Shown here: piece after piece, positions 52,551 through 64,000 of the stretch
Layout of the letters: each line of letters starts with the position of its first letter
How positions within the stretch are numbered: position 1 is the stretch's first letter
Source: Eledone cirrhosa
Lineage: Eukaryota
Reading direction: 5' to 3'
Assembly: GCA_964016885.1 (NCBI GenBank)
Contig: OZ024742.1
Location: forward strand, 95,232,001 to 95,296,000
Length of the DNA stretch: 64,000 bases
Translations under genes and position numbers: made by a program
The notes under the pieces: generated by a model
The model's input: only the letters and a program-made list of their open reading frames with translations
Database searches by the model: none
Told to the model about the DNA's origin: nothing

Positions 52551-55500
52551 GATATATTTAAATACACATACAAGTAATAGACACAACACAGTTCATTCTC
52601 CATTTCCAATCTTTCTGAAGCCCTATCAAAAGTTAAAAGTTATAACTTTTTTCCTATATCTACTCTATATATTGGAAGGCCAAACAATGCATATAAAATT
52701 AAATGGGCTGAGGCCTGTGACATATTTACATATGATCCTATGCTCTACCAAGAGCATTTTATCATGGCACCAACACCAGGGAGGTTGGCATGTCTTTGAC
52801 AGTGCTGAAAAGACCTCCTGATTATTTGTTCGACAGGTTTTCTACATTTGGAAGACCTTCTTATGACCAACCCCCTCACAGAGCATAATAATATTGTCAT
52901 TCCCATTAACACAATGGATGAGTTATTCTGGTCCTTTGTCTGGCAATCTTTCTAAAGCTTGATGCCCTATATAATGTGTTATAAATATTTAATGTGCAAC
53001 TTATAGTAGCAATAATAACAGAGAACAATAAAGTAATGATAAGGAAGTATCCACAAAATAAAATGAACAACTATATTAAAGTGACCAGGGAACCCAGTGC
53101 AACTCTAGATTACCCTAACACACCAAAGATAAATACCTTCTCCAAGTTCTTGCCACCAATCTATAACTTTGTGAGAGCTGTACTGTTTATCCTTTGCAAT
53201 TACACTAGCCTCCCCAGTTTTTCATAAAATTTACTGGAGAGGAGCACTTCTCTCTCTCTGTTTATCCCTAGACAGAATGTTGCTACTGCTGGTACTCATT
53301 TTTTAGCTGTTTGAATGAAGCCAGGTAAAATGAACTGCGTTGCTCATGCATACAAAACCTCACCTGTTTAAAGAAGAAAACCTGCAACCTTATGATCAGA
53401 AGACCAATATTCCAGCCACTAGGTTATGCCCCTTTACTTGACTCTTTCATTTGTATCTGCAAATCAGAGGTCTGGCTCATATGCTTGCAGTAGAGTGGCT
53501 CTGCTAAATGCACCTATCATGGCAGATGTTGTTAAGCTGATAGACAATTTAAATCTACCAAAACATAATTTTCATTACCATTTTAAATACATGCAGATGT
53601 TTATTGGAAGATATTTAACTCACTCTACATGTTATCAGAGGAATCAATTTACATTGATGGTGATCCTTTGCAGTGTCTTGACTTTAGTGTTTGGCAGTGT
53701 TGTCAGATGCAGTGTGAATGTGGGTTGGAGCTGGCTACTTAATAACAGCACAATCTCAGTTTCAATCTGAGCTAAGCATTTGAACTTCAAATACAAAGTC
53801 ACATGTCAGAATGTCATTCATTCTTGAGCTTATTTCTGGTAATTAATAATCTCATTAATTCTATAACAGGGTTACATTTCAAGTTCAAAAGCGGTAATGA
53901 TATTTACGACAGCGGCTTTCAAATAGATGGCTTTGAAGTCCAGAAAGGTTTCTTTAACACCCAACTTTAATTACAAATACCTATCTAATGTAGGTCTGTA
54001 TGTGCGTTAAATTACCATTAAAAGTATTTTTATATTTTATGTATTAGTTATTTTATTGTTGGTTTGATTCATGTATTGCTAAACATGGGTAGACATGCAT
54101 GGAATGATGAATATTACAGTTGCAATAGATTGTTGTTGTTTTAATTGTTAGTGTTGTTGGTTGTCAAACCCTAGTTAATATACTTATATCATGGAATTAG
54201 CTAATTGAAAGAAGCCCTCAAATGAGGTTTTAAGCATTGTTTTCTTTTATAGTAGAGAGTGTTGTTTGCATTTTAAAGACAAGAATTTTGTTAATGGCAA
54301 TCTGGCTGTGTTTTATTGAGCAAAATCAAATGATTGACTACATAGAAGCTTCCTTACTGGTTTGTCAGCACATTTGGTGGTAGGCATGGATGAGATAACA
54401 GAGTGATAATAAAGATGAAATAATTAGATACAACTTGAAAGAGATGGATGGGTTACAGGTTATGGAAGGTGATGATGTTAACTTTGGCAGGAATAAAAAT
54501 AAAATATTCAGGAAAGCTCTAATTACACATAAAACTGAAAGTATGAAAGAGAGATAGGCTGACAAACAGGGAAAGAGTGATAGATAGACAGATAGAAAAG
54601 GAGTTAATGATTGCAAGTTGATAGTAGCTGGAGTAAAAGGCAGCAAATTGGCAAAGTCATCAGAACGCCTGATAGAATGCTTTGCAGTATTCATTCTGGC
54701 CCTCTGCACTACAAGATCACATCCTGCCTAGGTAAACATTGATTTGTTGGTAAATAAAGTACCATGGGTGATCTCTGCCTTTAATTGGCTTTCTTGCTTT
54801 CTCTCTCTCTCCTGCTCTGGAAGAAATTGGAAAGTGATAGGCTCCATAAGATTTAAATGTCCAAGACACATTACATGTCATGATCACTCCTCAATGATTC
54901 CACCAGGAGATCAGAGTCAATTTATGGATGGACTGAATAGCAAGAGTAAAATTGATTGAAAAATATATGCTGTTAAATATTCAGTCATGATTTAAAAGAG
55001 TTCAAGGTTTGGAGTTGTGGTAAAGTGTCTTCAGTTGAACTTTCTAGTCACATGCTCAAAGTCTATGTTAATATGTTTTAATTGTTTGAAATGACTGTCC
55101 CAGTATTCCAGCTGGGTATTATTCTTGGTGCAAACCTTTTTAGTCACCTTACAATAAAATGAGATATGGTGGGACTATTCTAAAATCTGGGATAAAAAAG
55201 TATTTGATGGTCATGCTGCAGTGATAATAGAATAGAATTTTATTTCTGTCACATTCATTTCATTCAAAATAAAAAAAAATTGTGTCACAAACTTAATCCA
55301 CCATATCCAGCCTAATGGTGATGGCATTGATGATGATGGCTGTGGTGATAATGATAACAATAATGTTGATAATGATGATGTTGATAGTGATAATGATAAT
55401 GAAGTCCAATTCTTGCTAGCATGGAAAATGGATATTGTTGACGATGATGATGGTAGCATCGATATAATCTTCATCAAACTGCTAAAGTGTGTGGGATGTC

Positions 55501-55944
55501 AGAATGAACCATTGAGAAGCTGCATCTCGTTAAATGCACTATGCTCCAACTGATACAGGAGAATCATACTGTTAAGCACAGCTGACAATCAAGAAGAGGA
55601 ATGCATTGACTTGCCTTCACCCACAACAATTGATGATTGAGATCCTTGCTGCTAAAAGCAAGAGACCGAGCATAGAAACCTGGAACCACCACATATAAAA
55701 AAAGAGCAAGGGTTTTCAACTTTTACACTACCGTTTCAATGAATTTTTTAATAAACCCCAATTATAATTACTCCCATCCCAAAGTGTTATATAGTTAGAA
55801 CGACAATTAAAAGAGAGAAATGTTTATACTTCCAGAAGAATAGATAGCAACTGTATTTTTAACAAATATACTTAACTCAAGGAGACCCAGCAGAAACTAT
55901 GCAGACAACAGTTTGGGAACTACTGATATATATATATATATAAA

Positions 55945-56713
55945 TATACAAATATCGGAATTAAAGTATTCCGCATTTCACAGTAATAATAATATTAGCT
56001 CGAAGAAGAACAGAGAATTTTCATCTCAGCTCAGATACAAATACACAGAGAGAAGTGTGTTACACAGTGAGAAGTGTGTAAAGAATTATTACATGTGAGT
56101 TTAACCGTGACTGTATGGAGAACAATACCTACAGGTTAGCAATTAAATAGAAAAAAACTAAGTCAGAATCAAATCTTTGAAGTATTTGAGCTCAGATGAA
56201 AATCCTCTGTTCTTCTTCGAGCTAATATTATTATTACTGTGAACTGCAGAATACTTTCATTCCGATCTTTGTATATTTAACGAGCTCCAGATTGTTGAGC
56301 TAAGAAATTCGAATGGTTGGGCTGCTCTCTCTAGCACTTTCCCCCAATTCATGAGAGCCGTTATTTGATGTAAATAACGTGATTTCGCCCTACTCTGGGC
56401 AGCGTGTTATTAGCTTTCTCTCTATCCATTAGGCTAGATGTGTCGTGAACAGTACCCATACTTGCTGACTGAGGATCCTATGGGCTGTTATACCGCACAT
56501 TTCTGTGGTGAACGAACTAAATTCGTATCAGCAAGCTTATAGTTATAACGTTAGTAATTTAAAACTCTACTTCAGAGATTTGATTCTGATTTAGTTTTTT
56601 TTCTATTTAATTGCTAACTTGTAGGTATTGTTCTCCACACAGTCACGGTTAAACTCACATGTAATCATTTTTTACACACTTCTCACTGTGTAACACACTT
56701 CTCTCTGTATATT

Positions 56714-56718
<5 letters not shown>
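55945..56718. mobile_element. (TA)n-flanked module with two interleaved inverted-repeat pairs
   Basis: 55945-56037 inverse of 56183-56275; 56036-56183 inverse of 56568-56718. Confidence 0.8.
56461..56535 (+). ncRNA. Degenerate hammerhead with 8-bp stem I and real stem III
   Basis: cttgctga-CTGAGGA-tcc..ggt-GAA(A missing)-cgaa ctaaa ttcg-TA-tcagcaag. Confidence 0.5.
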
Positions 56719-56750
<32 letters not shown>

Positions 56751-56757
<7 letters not shown>

Positions 56758-57465
56758 GTGTAATGAATTCTTTTACAATGGAATTAGCTCAAAAGGAAAT
56801 ATTCCTGAGCCGTGTATAAAAGTAATATATATGAGTAATATATATGATGAAACAGATACCAACACATCTGTATTTATATTGCAAAAGAAAATTAGCCAGA
56901 ATGAAGAATATTAATTATTTTACCACAGTTCGTCCACATCGATTTAAAATAATAAATCGACAAAAACTAGCTGCGCTGCCAAATGGCTATGATGTTTATA
57001 CATATTTAAATTTCAAAATCAAACCTGTTCCGTAGATAAGTTTAAACCTTAAAATCCAAACATGTTTCGAGATGAATAAGTGTATAAGTGTAGGAATATC
57101 ATGCCACTGCTCTCCTCAGTAAACATCCAGAGACAATTGATAAGCTTCACTTCTACATAATTTAAAAGACTGTGTTACGCACATGGGTTCACAGATTCAA
57201 GCTAGTCTCATAACCGTACTGCTAGAAATAACAGTCGTATATATGAGGCGAATTTCAGCTCAACCAGGAGCAGTTATATTAAGTGTAATGAATTCTTTTA
57301 CAATGGAATTAGCTCAAAAGGAAATATTCCTTTTATATATAAATCGATGTGGACGAACTGTGGTAATTAATATTCTTCATTCTGGCTAATATTCTTTTGC
57401 AATATAAATACAGATGTGTTGGTATCTGTTTCATAATATATATTACTCATATATATTACTTTTAT
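56751..57465 (-). mobile_element. (TA)n-flanked pLTR-like module with direct (56751-56805/57277-57330) and inverted (56820-56945/57340-57462) repeats
   Basis: Direct reading of repeats; hammerhead inside. Confidence 0.75.
57054..57125 (-). ncRNA. Type I hammerhead motif
   Basis: gttta-CTGAGGA-gag..ctc-GAAA-catg-TT-tggat; stem I rich in G-U pairs. Confidence 0.6.
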
Positions 57466-57482
57466 ATATATATATATATATA

Positions 57483-58140
57483 GTAAATTTCTTTAAGTCG
57501 TTTGGAAGCCTCGACAATGCAGATAGGTAAATCTCCGGGTAACAAGATCCGGTGGTGGAGAGGCAGATGTAAGTGGGTGTACGTTGAGATGCGTGGCGTG
57601 TAGAAGAATGTAGGAAAGAGCGTAAAGGATAAAAATAAAAATAATAACACGAGATAGAGTTACCTTGGGAGAGATTTAATTGTCCCTATATATTTCGGAT
57701 TCACATCCATCAACTGGGTTTTTTTCCCGACGGTGGGGTGGGGAGTGGGGGGAGGTTGTCTGTCGGAAAGGTGCGAAACGTGTCCTCCGCTGTTCGTTGT
57801 TTTGAATATCTGATATTCAAAACAACGAACAGCGGAGGACACGTTTCGCACCTTTCCGACAGACAACCTCTCCCCCCCCGGAAAAAAACCAGTTGATGGA
57901 TGTGAATCCGAAATATATAGGGACAATTAAATCTCTCCCAAGGTAACTCTATCTCGTGTTATTATTTTTATTTTTTTATTTTACGCTCTTTCCTTCATTC
58001 TTCTACACGTTACAGTCTTCTACACGCCACGCATCTCAACGTACACCCACTTACATCTCTCTCTCCACCACCGGATCTTGTTGCCCGGAGATTTACCCAT
58101 CTGCATTGTCGAGGCTTCCAAACCACTTAAAGAAATTTAC
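57483..58140. repeat. Large foldback (~330-bp arms, 1-nt loop at 57811) between (TA)n tracts
   Basis: Centre ttttgaatatc-t-gatattcaaaa; arms end gtaaatttctttaag / cttaaagaaatttac; a few indels and mismatches. Confidence 0.93.
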
Positions 58141-58223
58141 CTTATTATTCCACAATGCTTCAAGCAAACTTCAATACTCTCATATATATATTTAAAAAAT
58201 AGAGGTGTGAGACACGAGTTGTG

Positions 58224-58496
58224 ATATATTAGTAAAAAGGAAAAGAAAATGCTGACAAATTTTTCCTAGTGAAAAAAAGTTTAATTAGGAATAAGTATAA
58301 ATTAGTAATAAGTATTAGTTAGTATTCAGTTTTAGTTTTAAGTTTTTACCGGTTGCGCATTTCTAATGCTTTTCAAAAATAATTTTGAGATAGAGTGCTT
58401 GAGATTTTTGCACTAATCTGATGAGAGCAAAAATCTTATTCCTAATTAAACTATTTTTCACTGGGAAAAATTTGTCAGCACTTTCTTTTCTTTTTA

Positions 58497-58502
<6 letters not shown>
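58224..58502. repeat. ~70-bp terminal inverted repeats around a decayed U3-A8 hammerhead-like motif (58342-58380, minus)
   Basis: tattagtaaaaaggaaaagaaaatgctgacaaattttt.. vs ..aaaaatttgtcagcactttcttttctttttactaata; core TTGAAAA-gca..tgc-GCAA-ccgg-TA. Confidence 0.65.
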
Positions 58503-58571
<69 letters not shown>

Positions 58572-58760
58572 CACAAATGATAAATCACCAAGTTTAACAA
58601 CTAATACATAATTTATTTGATTTGCATATTTCATTCTTCTCCACCAGCAACCTGACTCTTTACTATATCTACCCTCTACTTTCCCAGGTATTGAATACTC
58701 TGCTGAAGTATGGTCTTACCAGTTTAAACCAATATAATCCTGATCTATCTATCTATTTAC

Positions 58761-58800
<40 letters not shown>

Positions 58801-58932
58801 ATATATATATATATATATATATAGTTATAATAATAAATTTGAAGACTAAAATCCAAGAGGGCTCGATAAGGATAAATATATATAAAATATAAAAGAACCG
58901 TAGAGCAAATATTTATTAAAATAACAGATTAA

Positions 58933-58983
58933 AGTTTAAGCAAAGAATCGCTGCTTTCACCCTTAACGGGATCTTCTGAAACT
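58933..58983 (-). ncRNA. Hammerhead-like motif, CAGAAGA core (second copy)
   Basis: Near-identical to 43259-43309. Confidence 0.55.
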
Positions 58984-59419
58984 AAAAAATAATTAAATAT
59001 ATACATGCACGCATCCATATACGTACGTACACATGCATATGCGAAAACACCCGCCATGGGTATGCAAATACCGGCATGTACACAAAACCACGCGCACACA
59101 TACAAAAACCCACGCAACGCCTGTACCTGCACACATACGAACGTATACACTAAATACACATAAAACATAAAAAAATATAAAAAAATATATATACATGTGA
59201 GTGTGTGTGTGCGTATACATATAATTATATGTATACGCGCACACACACACGCATCCCCTTTACCTTTGTAGCAATTTATGAGAATACTGCTGTACCATAT
59301 TTATATATATGCCATTGAGGCACATGGCTTAGTTGTTAGAGCATTAGCCTTGCAAGCAGGGAAAAGCAGACGTAAAATGATGATGATGATATATATATTT
59401 ATATATATATATATATCGA

Positions 59420-59743
59420 CTTCACTCGGGAACAAGCCAAAGCTGAAGCATATAGACAACATGCCCCCATCCCCTCCCACTGCAAAGTTGTCATGGAGGT
59501 ATCACGACAAAAAAGCACCCAGCTCACGCTGTAAACTGGCTGTGTAGGCACCACAGAAAAAAAAAACACCCAGCACTCCCTGTAAATGAGGTTGGTGTTA
59601 GGAAGGGCATCCACCAGTAGAAATCAAGCCCAAATCAGTTCCCGTATGAGCAAGACAAGGTCACCTGCCCTGCATTGCACACAACATGACAACCCATCTA
59701 ACTCATGCTAGCATGGAAGAATGAACGTAAAACGATGATGATG

Positions 59744-59745
<2 letters not shown>
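59420..59745 (+). mobile_element. RTE LINE 3' tail (copy B subfamily)
   Basis: Reverse complement similarity to 38027-38340. Confidence 0.8.
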
Positions 59746-59779
<34 letters not shown>

Positions 59780-59794
59780 ATCAATCTATGTTAC

Positions 59795-60415
59795 AAAAAA
59801 AAATTGATAAAGTTCAAGTATCTTGGGGCCACATTCACGACTCATGAAAGGCAGGAGACTGTATTAATTGCAAGAATTGCATTACCTGGTGCAGTATTGC
59901 ACCAGCTTCAGAATATTGTAATCAGAAGAAGGAAGGTAGGTGTAAAAGCCAAACGTGCTATCTTCGATTCTGTATTTGTGCCAACCCTTTGCTATGATCA
60001 TGAATCTTAGGTAATGACTGAAAGAATATCATCTTGAATACAAGCGGTGGAAATGGGGTTCTTCTGAAGAGTCCTTGGAGTAACATTACTCAATAGAGTG
60101 CGTAGCTGGGAGATCAGGTAGAGCTGCTACCTCTCTGAATTGAGAGATTACAGCTCCCATACTATGGGCATATGGTCAGAATATCTCAGGAAAGAATTGC
60201 TGGACATTTTTATGGGCAAAACCAATCGGCCAGAAACCCAGGGGCAGACCCCAAGCAAGATGGTTGGCTAACAACCATGAACTTAACTGATCTTACTTGA
60301 GGATCCAGGTGAATCAGTTGGAGAAGGTTGCTTCTGACAGGATCTGATGGAAGGAGTTTTTGAGGACTCTGTTCCCACAACCCTCTCAGAAATAAGTAGG
60401 ATAAGAAATCATAAT
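59795..60415 (+). mobile_element. RTE-type LINE 3' fragment (family 2)
   Basis: KFKYLGATFT..RI..A..RRKVGVKAKRAIFDSVFVPTLCY.HES. Confidence 0.7.
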
Positions 60416-60441
60416 TAACATGTCATGCATTTATATGTATA

Positions 60442-60536
60442 TGAGGGGCAGCAGAAAAGTTAATTGGCTGACTTTCATGGAGTGACGATTGGGACTTAAA
60501 TCTTGGCTAGCCTATGAACTTTTCAGCCGACCCTCA
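60442..60536. mobile_element. Mariner-like MITE (short, same TIR family as 47314)
   Basis: tgaggggcagcagaaaagtt..ggctgac / gcctatgaacttttcagccgaccctca, TA flanks. Confidence 0.7.
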
Positions 60537-60600
60537 TAAAACACTACTCTAAGCATCTTCACATTTTTGTTACATAATTAAATTAATTGAGTAATACTAT

Positions 60601-60727
<127 letters not shown>

Positions 60728-60914
60728 AAAGCAGTAGTACTAATATAGCATGATTCATAATAGATGTATATATGTAAGAGCATACAATATATTTATATAT
60801 TATATACATACATAAATCATACTAAGGTTGTTTTAAGCTATCATCATGTCACATCTACTTCACTAGTCATGCGAATACACCAGACAAATGTTTTGGATTT
60901 TTATCCATGTTCAA

Positions 60915-61577
60915 GGATATTTGATACTGTGACAAGAATAAAGTAGGTCTTTGCAAGCTGATATTACTTAGCAGTAGCACTAACATAGCGTGATTCATAA
61001 TAGAGGCATATACAAAAACATAATCACAGCTTAAAACACACAGTGTAATGTTTGTGTGTGTTGTTTATACATAAACATAATATATATCAAAATGTTTAAA
61101 GTCCTGGGTATATTGGTATATAGTATCTAATACAACTTACTAATTTTAAAATCATAAATGAAAAGAGAACATCACAGTGTTTAAAGTATTTTTTTCTTTT
61201 TAAATTAGTTTTCACGATGTAGTTACTTTAGCTTCAATAAATGATCACAGATGAATTTACAAGTATGATTTTAAAATTAGTAAGTTGTATTAGATACAAA
61301 TGACTTTAAACATTTTGATATATATTATGTTTATGTATAAACAACACACACAAACATTACACTGTGTGTTTTAAGCTGTGATTATGTTTTTGTATATGCC
61401 TCTATTATGAATCACGCTATGTTAGTGCTACTGCTAAGTAATATCAGCTTGCAAAGACCTACTTTATTCTTGTCACAGTATCAAATATCCGTGATCATTT
61501 ATTGAAGCTAAAGTAACTACATCGTGAAAACTAATTTAAAAATACTTTAAACACTGTGATGTTCTCTTTTCATTTAT
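60915..61577. repeat. Three interleaved inverted-repeat pairs next to (TA)n
   Basis: 60915-61102/61302-61490; 61123-61156/61264-61298; 61154-61248/61491-61577. Confidence 0.85.
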
Positions 61578-63126
61578 TTTGTGTGGTATCAGTGAAAAGG
61601 TCACAGAGGTAAAATAGAAATATCAACATATCAAAAATATCTAAAAAATGAATATATCATCTTTTTCTATCATCACCATCATTTTTGCATCCACTTTTCT
61701 ATCCTTGCATGGGTTGGACAGGTCCTTCCCAGCACATCTTCCACCCACTTGTAGCATTACTTTGTCATCTCCACTGTGTGGTTAAGCATTTTGAGATGAG
61801 CTCTCTCTCTCTCTCTCTCTCTTTTGGTTTTCCTCTACCCTGGCTTTCTTTCACTGGCATCACCTGGCACTTCTATTGATTTTAAATAACTATGGTGATT
61901 TTTCCACTATGTAATTCTAAGTTTCGTAGTTTTGGTTAAAACCACTAGAGAAATAGGATAAGACTGTGATGTTTATATTTTGTTAGAGAGCATGAATGAA
62001 AAAAATCCCGATTTAATCATTTCATTAATAAACTGCCTGTTCCTCAATACAAAACTGTTTATTTTAGAATATTTATATTTATCTTTAAAAAATGTAATAA
62101 ATAGAATAGAATGGAAGTAAACAAGAGAAACGAGGTGGAATAAAAGAGAAAAAATATAATGAATATTTATATTTATCAAATGACCTTCCTTAATAATTTA
62201 TGTGTTCCAAATACCAGCTGCATAATGAGAAAGTTAATTATGTTATTAAATCCATTCAAATTCTTGATTATTTTCAAAATTAGTTGAAAATCATAGGCAC
62301 TCTTTCATTAGAAATATGATAATAAAAGGGTTGTTGTTATAGTTATCATCTTCATAGATTTAGCTGGCCCCCTAAGAGAAATTTCTCAGGTGCTTAATGA
62401 TAGAGATCACAGTTGTATCATTAAGGAATGAAAGGGTTAAGCAGGAATTGAAACCACTTTATAGAATTCACTCATTAGAAGATTATTTCTTTTTCTCTGA
62501 TAGAAAAATATAAATTTTGAAATGTTTAATCATCATAAATTGATTTTTTTTTTTTTTTTTTTCGTAAATTACAAGAAAGCTGCAACTGTTGATCATTATG
62601 ATGAGAGTAATGATGAGAATGAGGATGATGGTGGCGATGATGATGATGATGATGGCAATGGTGATGATGATGATGGGGATGATGATGATGATGGGGATGG
62701 GGATAATAAAAATGATAATATTAAGACTGCTGATGCTGACTGACTTAAACAATAATCATGAAAATAATGATAATAATGAAAGTGATTGTATTGTTGCTGT
62801 GTAAGAGGTAGAATGATTAGAAAGAGTACAGTGGGATGTCGAGGGTGAAGTTTGAGGAATCAAATACATTTTCATTTCCATTTTGTTAATTCTCAGATTC
62901 TTTGGAACTTCCCAACCCTGTACATGAAAAAGAAATAGACACATACAGACACATGTAGATTCATAAACTTTCACATACATATACAAATACACAGGAGCAT
63001 ACTTAGAGAAAAATAATTCCTATAAATTGAGAAAAAATGATGCGTATGTTGTCATTATCATATAGCATTCACTTTTCCATGGCATGTGTGTGTATATGTG
63101 TGCATATATATATATATGCGTATGTA

Positions 63127-63186
<60 letters not shown>

Positions 63187-64000
63187 TATATATCTATATA
63201 TATATATAAGTATATATATATATACGTGTGTGTGTATACTACAAAACAAAATGAAATACAAGAGCCAACTTTCTTTACTGCCACACATGTTTAAGTACAT
63301 ATATCCTCCATAATTGGAAGAACTCCGACTAACAGCTAGAAATATACAATCTGACACTCTGAGCTTATCCCCACCCCTCATTATAAAACTTCATCTTCTA
63401 TAATATTTTACTAACTCACCAAAAATCACTCAGACTTCTAAAATATATATCTAGCACCCAAGAAGCCTTTTAAGTAAACTCGCCACTATATCTTTCCATC
63501 CCACATAATAGATTTCCCAACCATATGTACGAACAAATTCCTTCTATTTTGCACAATACTAATTAAGAGTTATCCCCTGCCTTACCAACTCACATGATTT
63601 TATTTGTCTCGTGTAGACAAACTTGCTCTGTGGCTGAGATTCTACACTTGGTGGTTCGTAGATGTTATAAGAGGGACAAGATGTGACACTCAAATGTTGT
63701 TTGGCTTTATGTTAAGCTTCAGCCTCTCTATATAGGTTTTAGGCATGTCACTCTTGATATAGAAATTTCTGGTGCTGTTTAGAAATTTCACGTTTTAACA
63801 TAATGGTTAGGGTTTCATCTAGTGTTCAGTCAAGTTGTCCAAATGTTGGTTCAGCACAGGCACAGCAAACACATTGTTGGCCACTGATTTATTGTGCACA
63901 CAGAATTGTGAAGAAAGACCATGTTTCTTATTTGGGTGTTATATTCTCTGGTTACTTATTCCTTTTTACAACTTTCATCATAAGATATATTTTCATCTGT

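Noticed and set aside
58400-58440. CTGATGAG hammerhead
   Set aside because: Lies in a simple hairpin loop with no GAAA/stem III

Overview
Eukaryotic, AT-rich, repeat-dominated non-coding DNA. The (TA)n/(CA)n/(AAT)n/(CAT)n density, tRNA-derived SINEs and RTE-type LINEs fit an octopod cephalopod intron or intergenic region (inference, not proven). No host gene can be confidently called; nearly all ORF-track entries are microsatellite or antisense artefacts. Recognisable coding remnants are all decayed retroelements: three copies of an RTE-type LINE with a PHD-like finger in the RT region, a near full-length RTE LINE with three C-terminal C2H2 fingers, an R4/Dong-type RLE LINE, and two Penelope-like GIY-YIG fragments. 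There are also a Helentron-like (HINE/DINE-type) element, mariner-like MITEs, a TRIM-like mini LTR element and a 48-bp minisatellite. The most striking signal is about a dozen short, mostly non-coding modules inserted in (TA)n tracts. They are built from tandem, inverted or zero-loop palindromic repeats, and most carry a type I hammerhead ribozyme motif read by eye. Variants include minimal dimer-type stem III, long stem II, a compensatory U3-A8 core and a recurrent U4A core. They look like Penelope pseudo-LTR or retrozyme-like units, and one 525-bp tandem unit could yield a self-cleaved monomer RNA.
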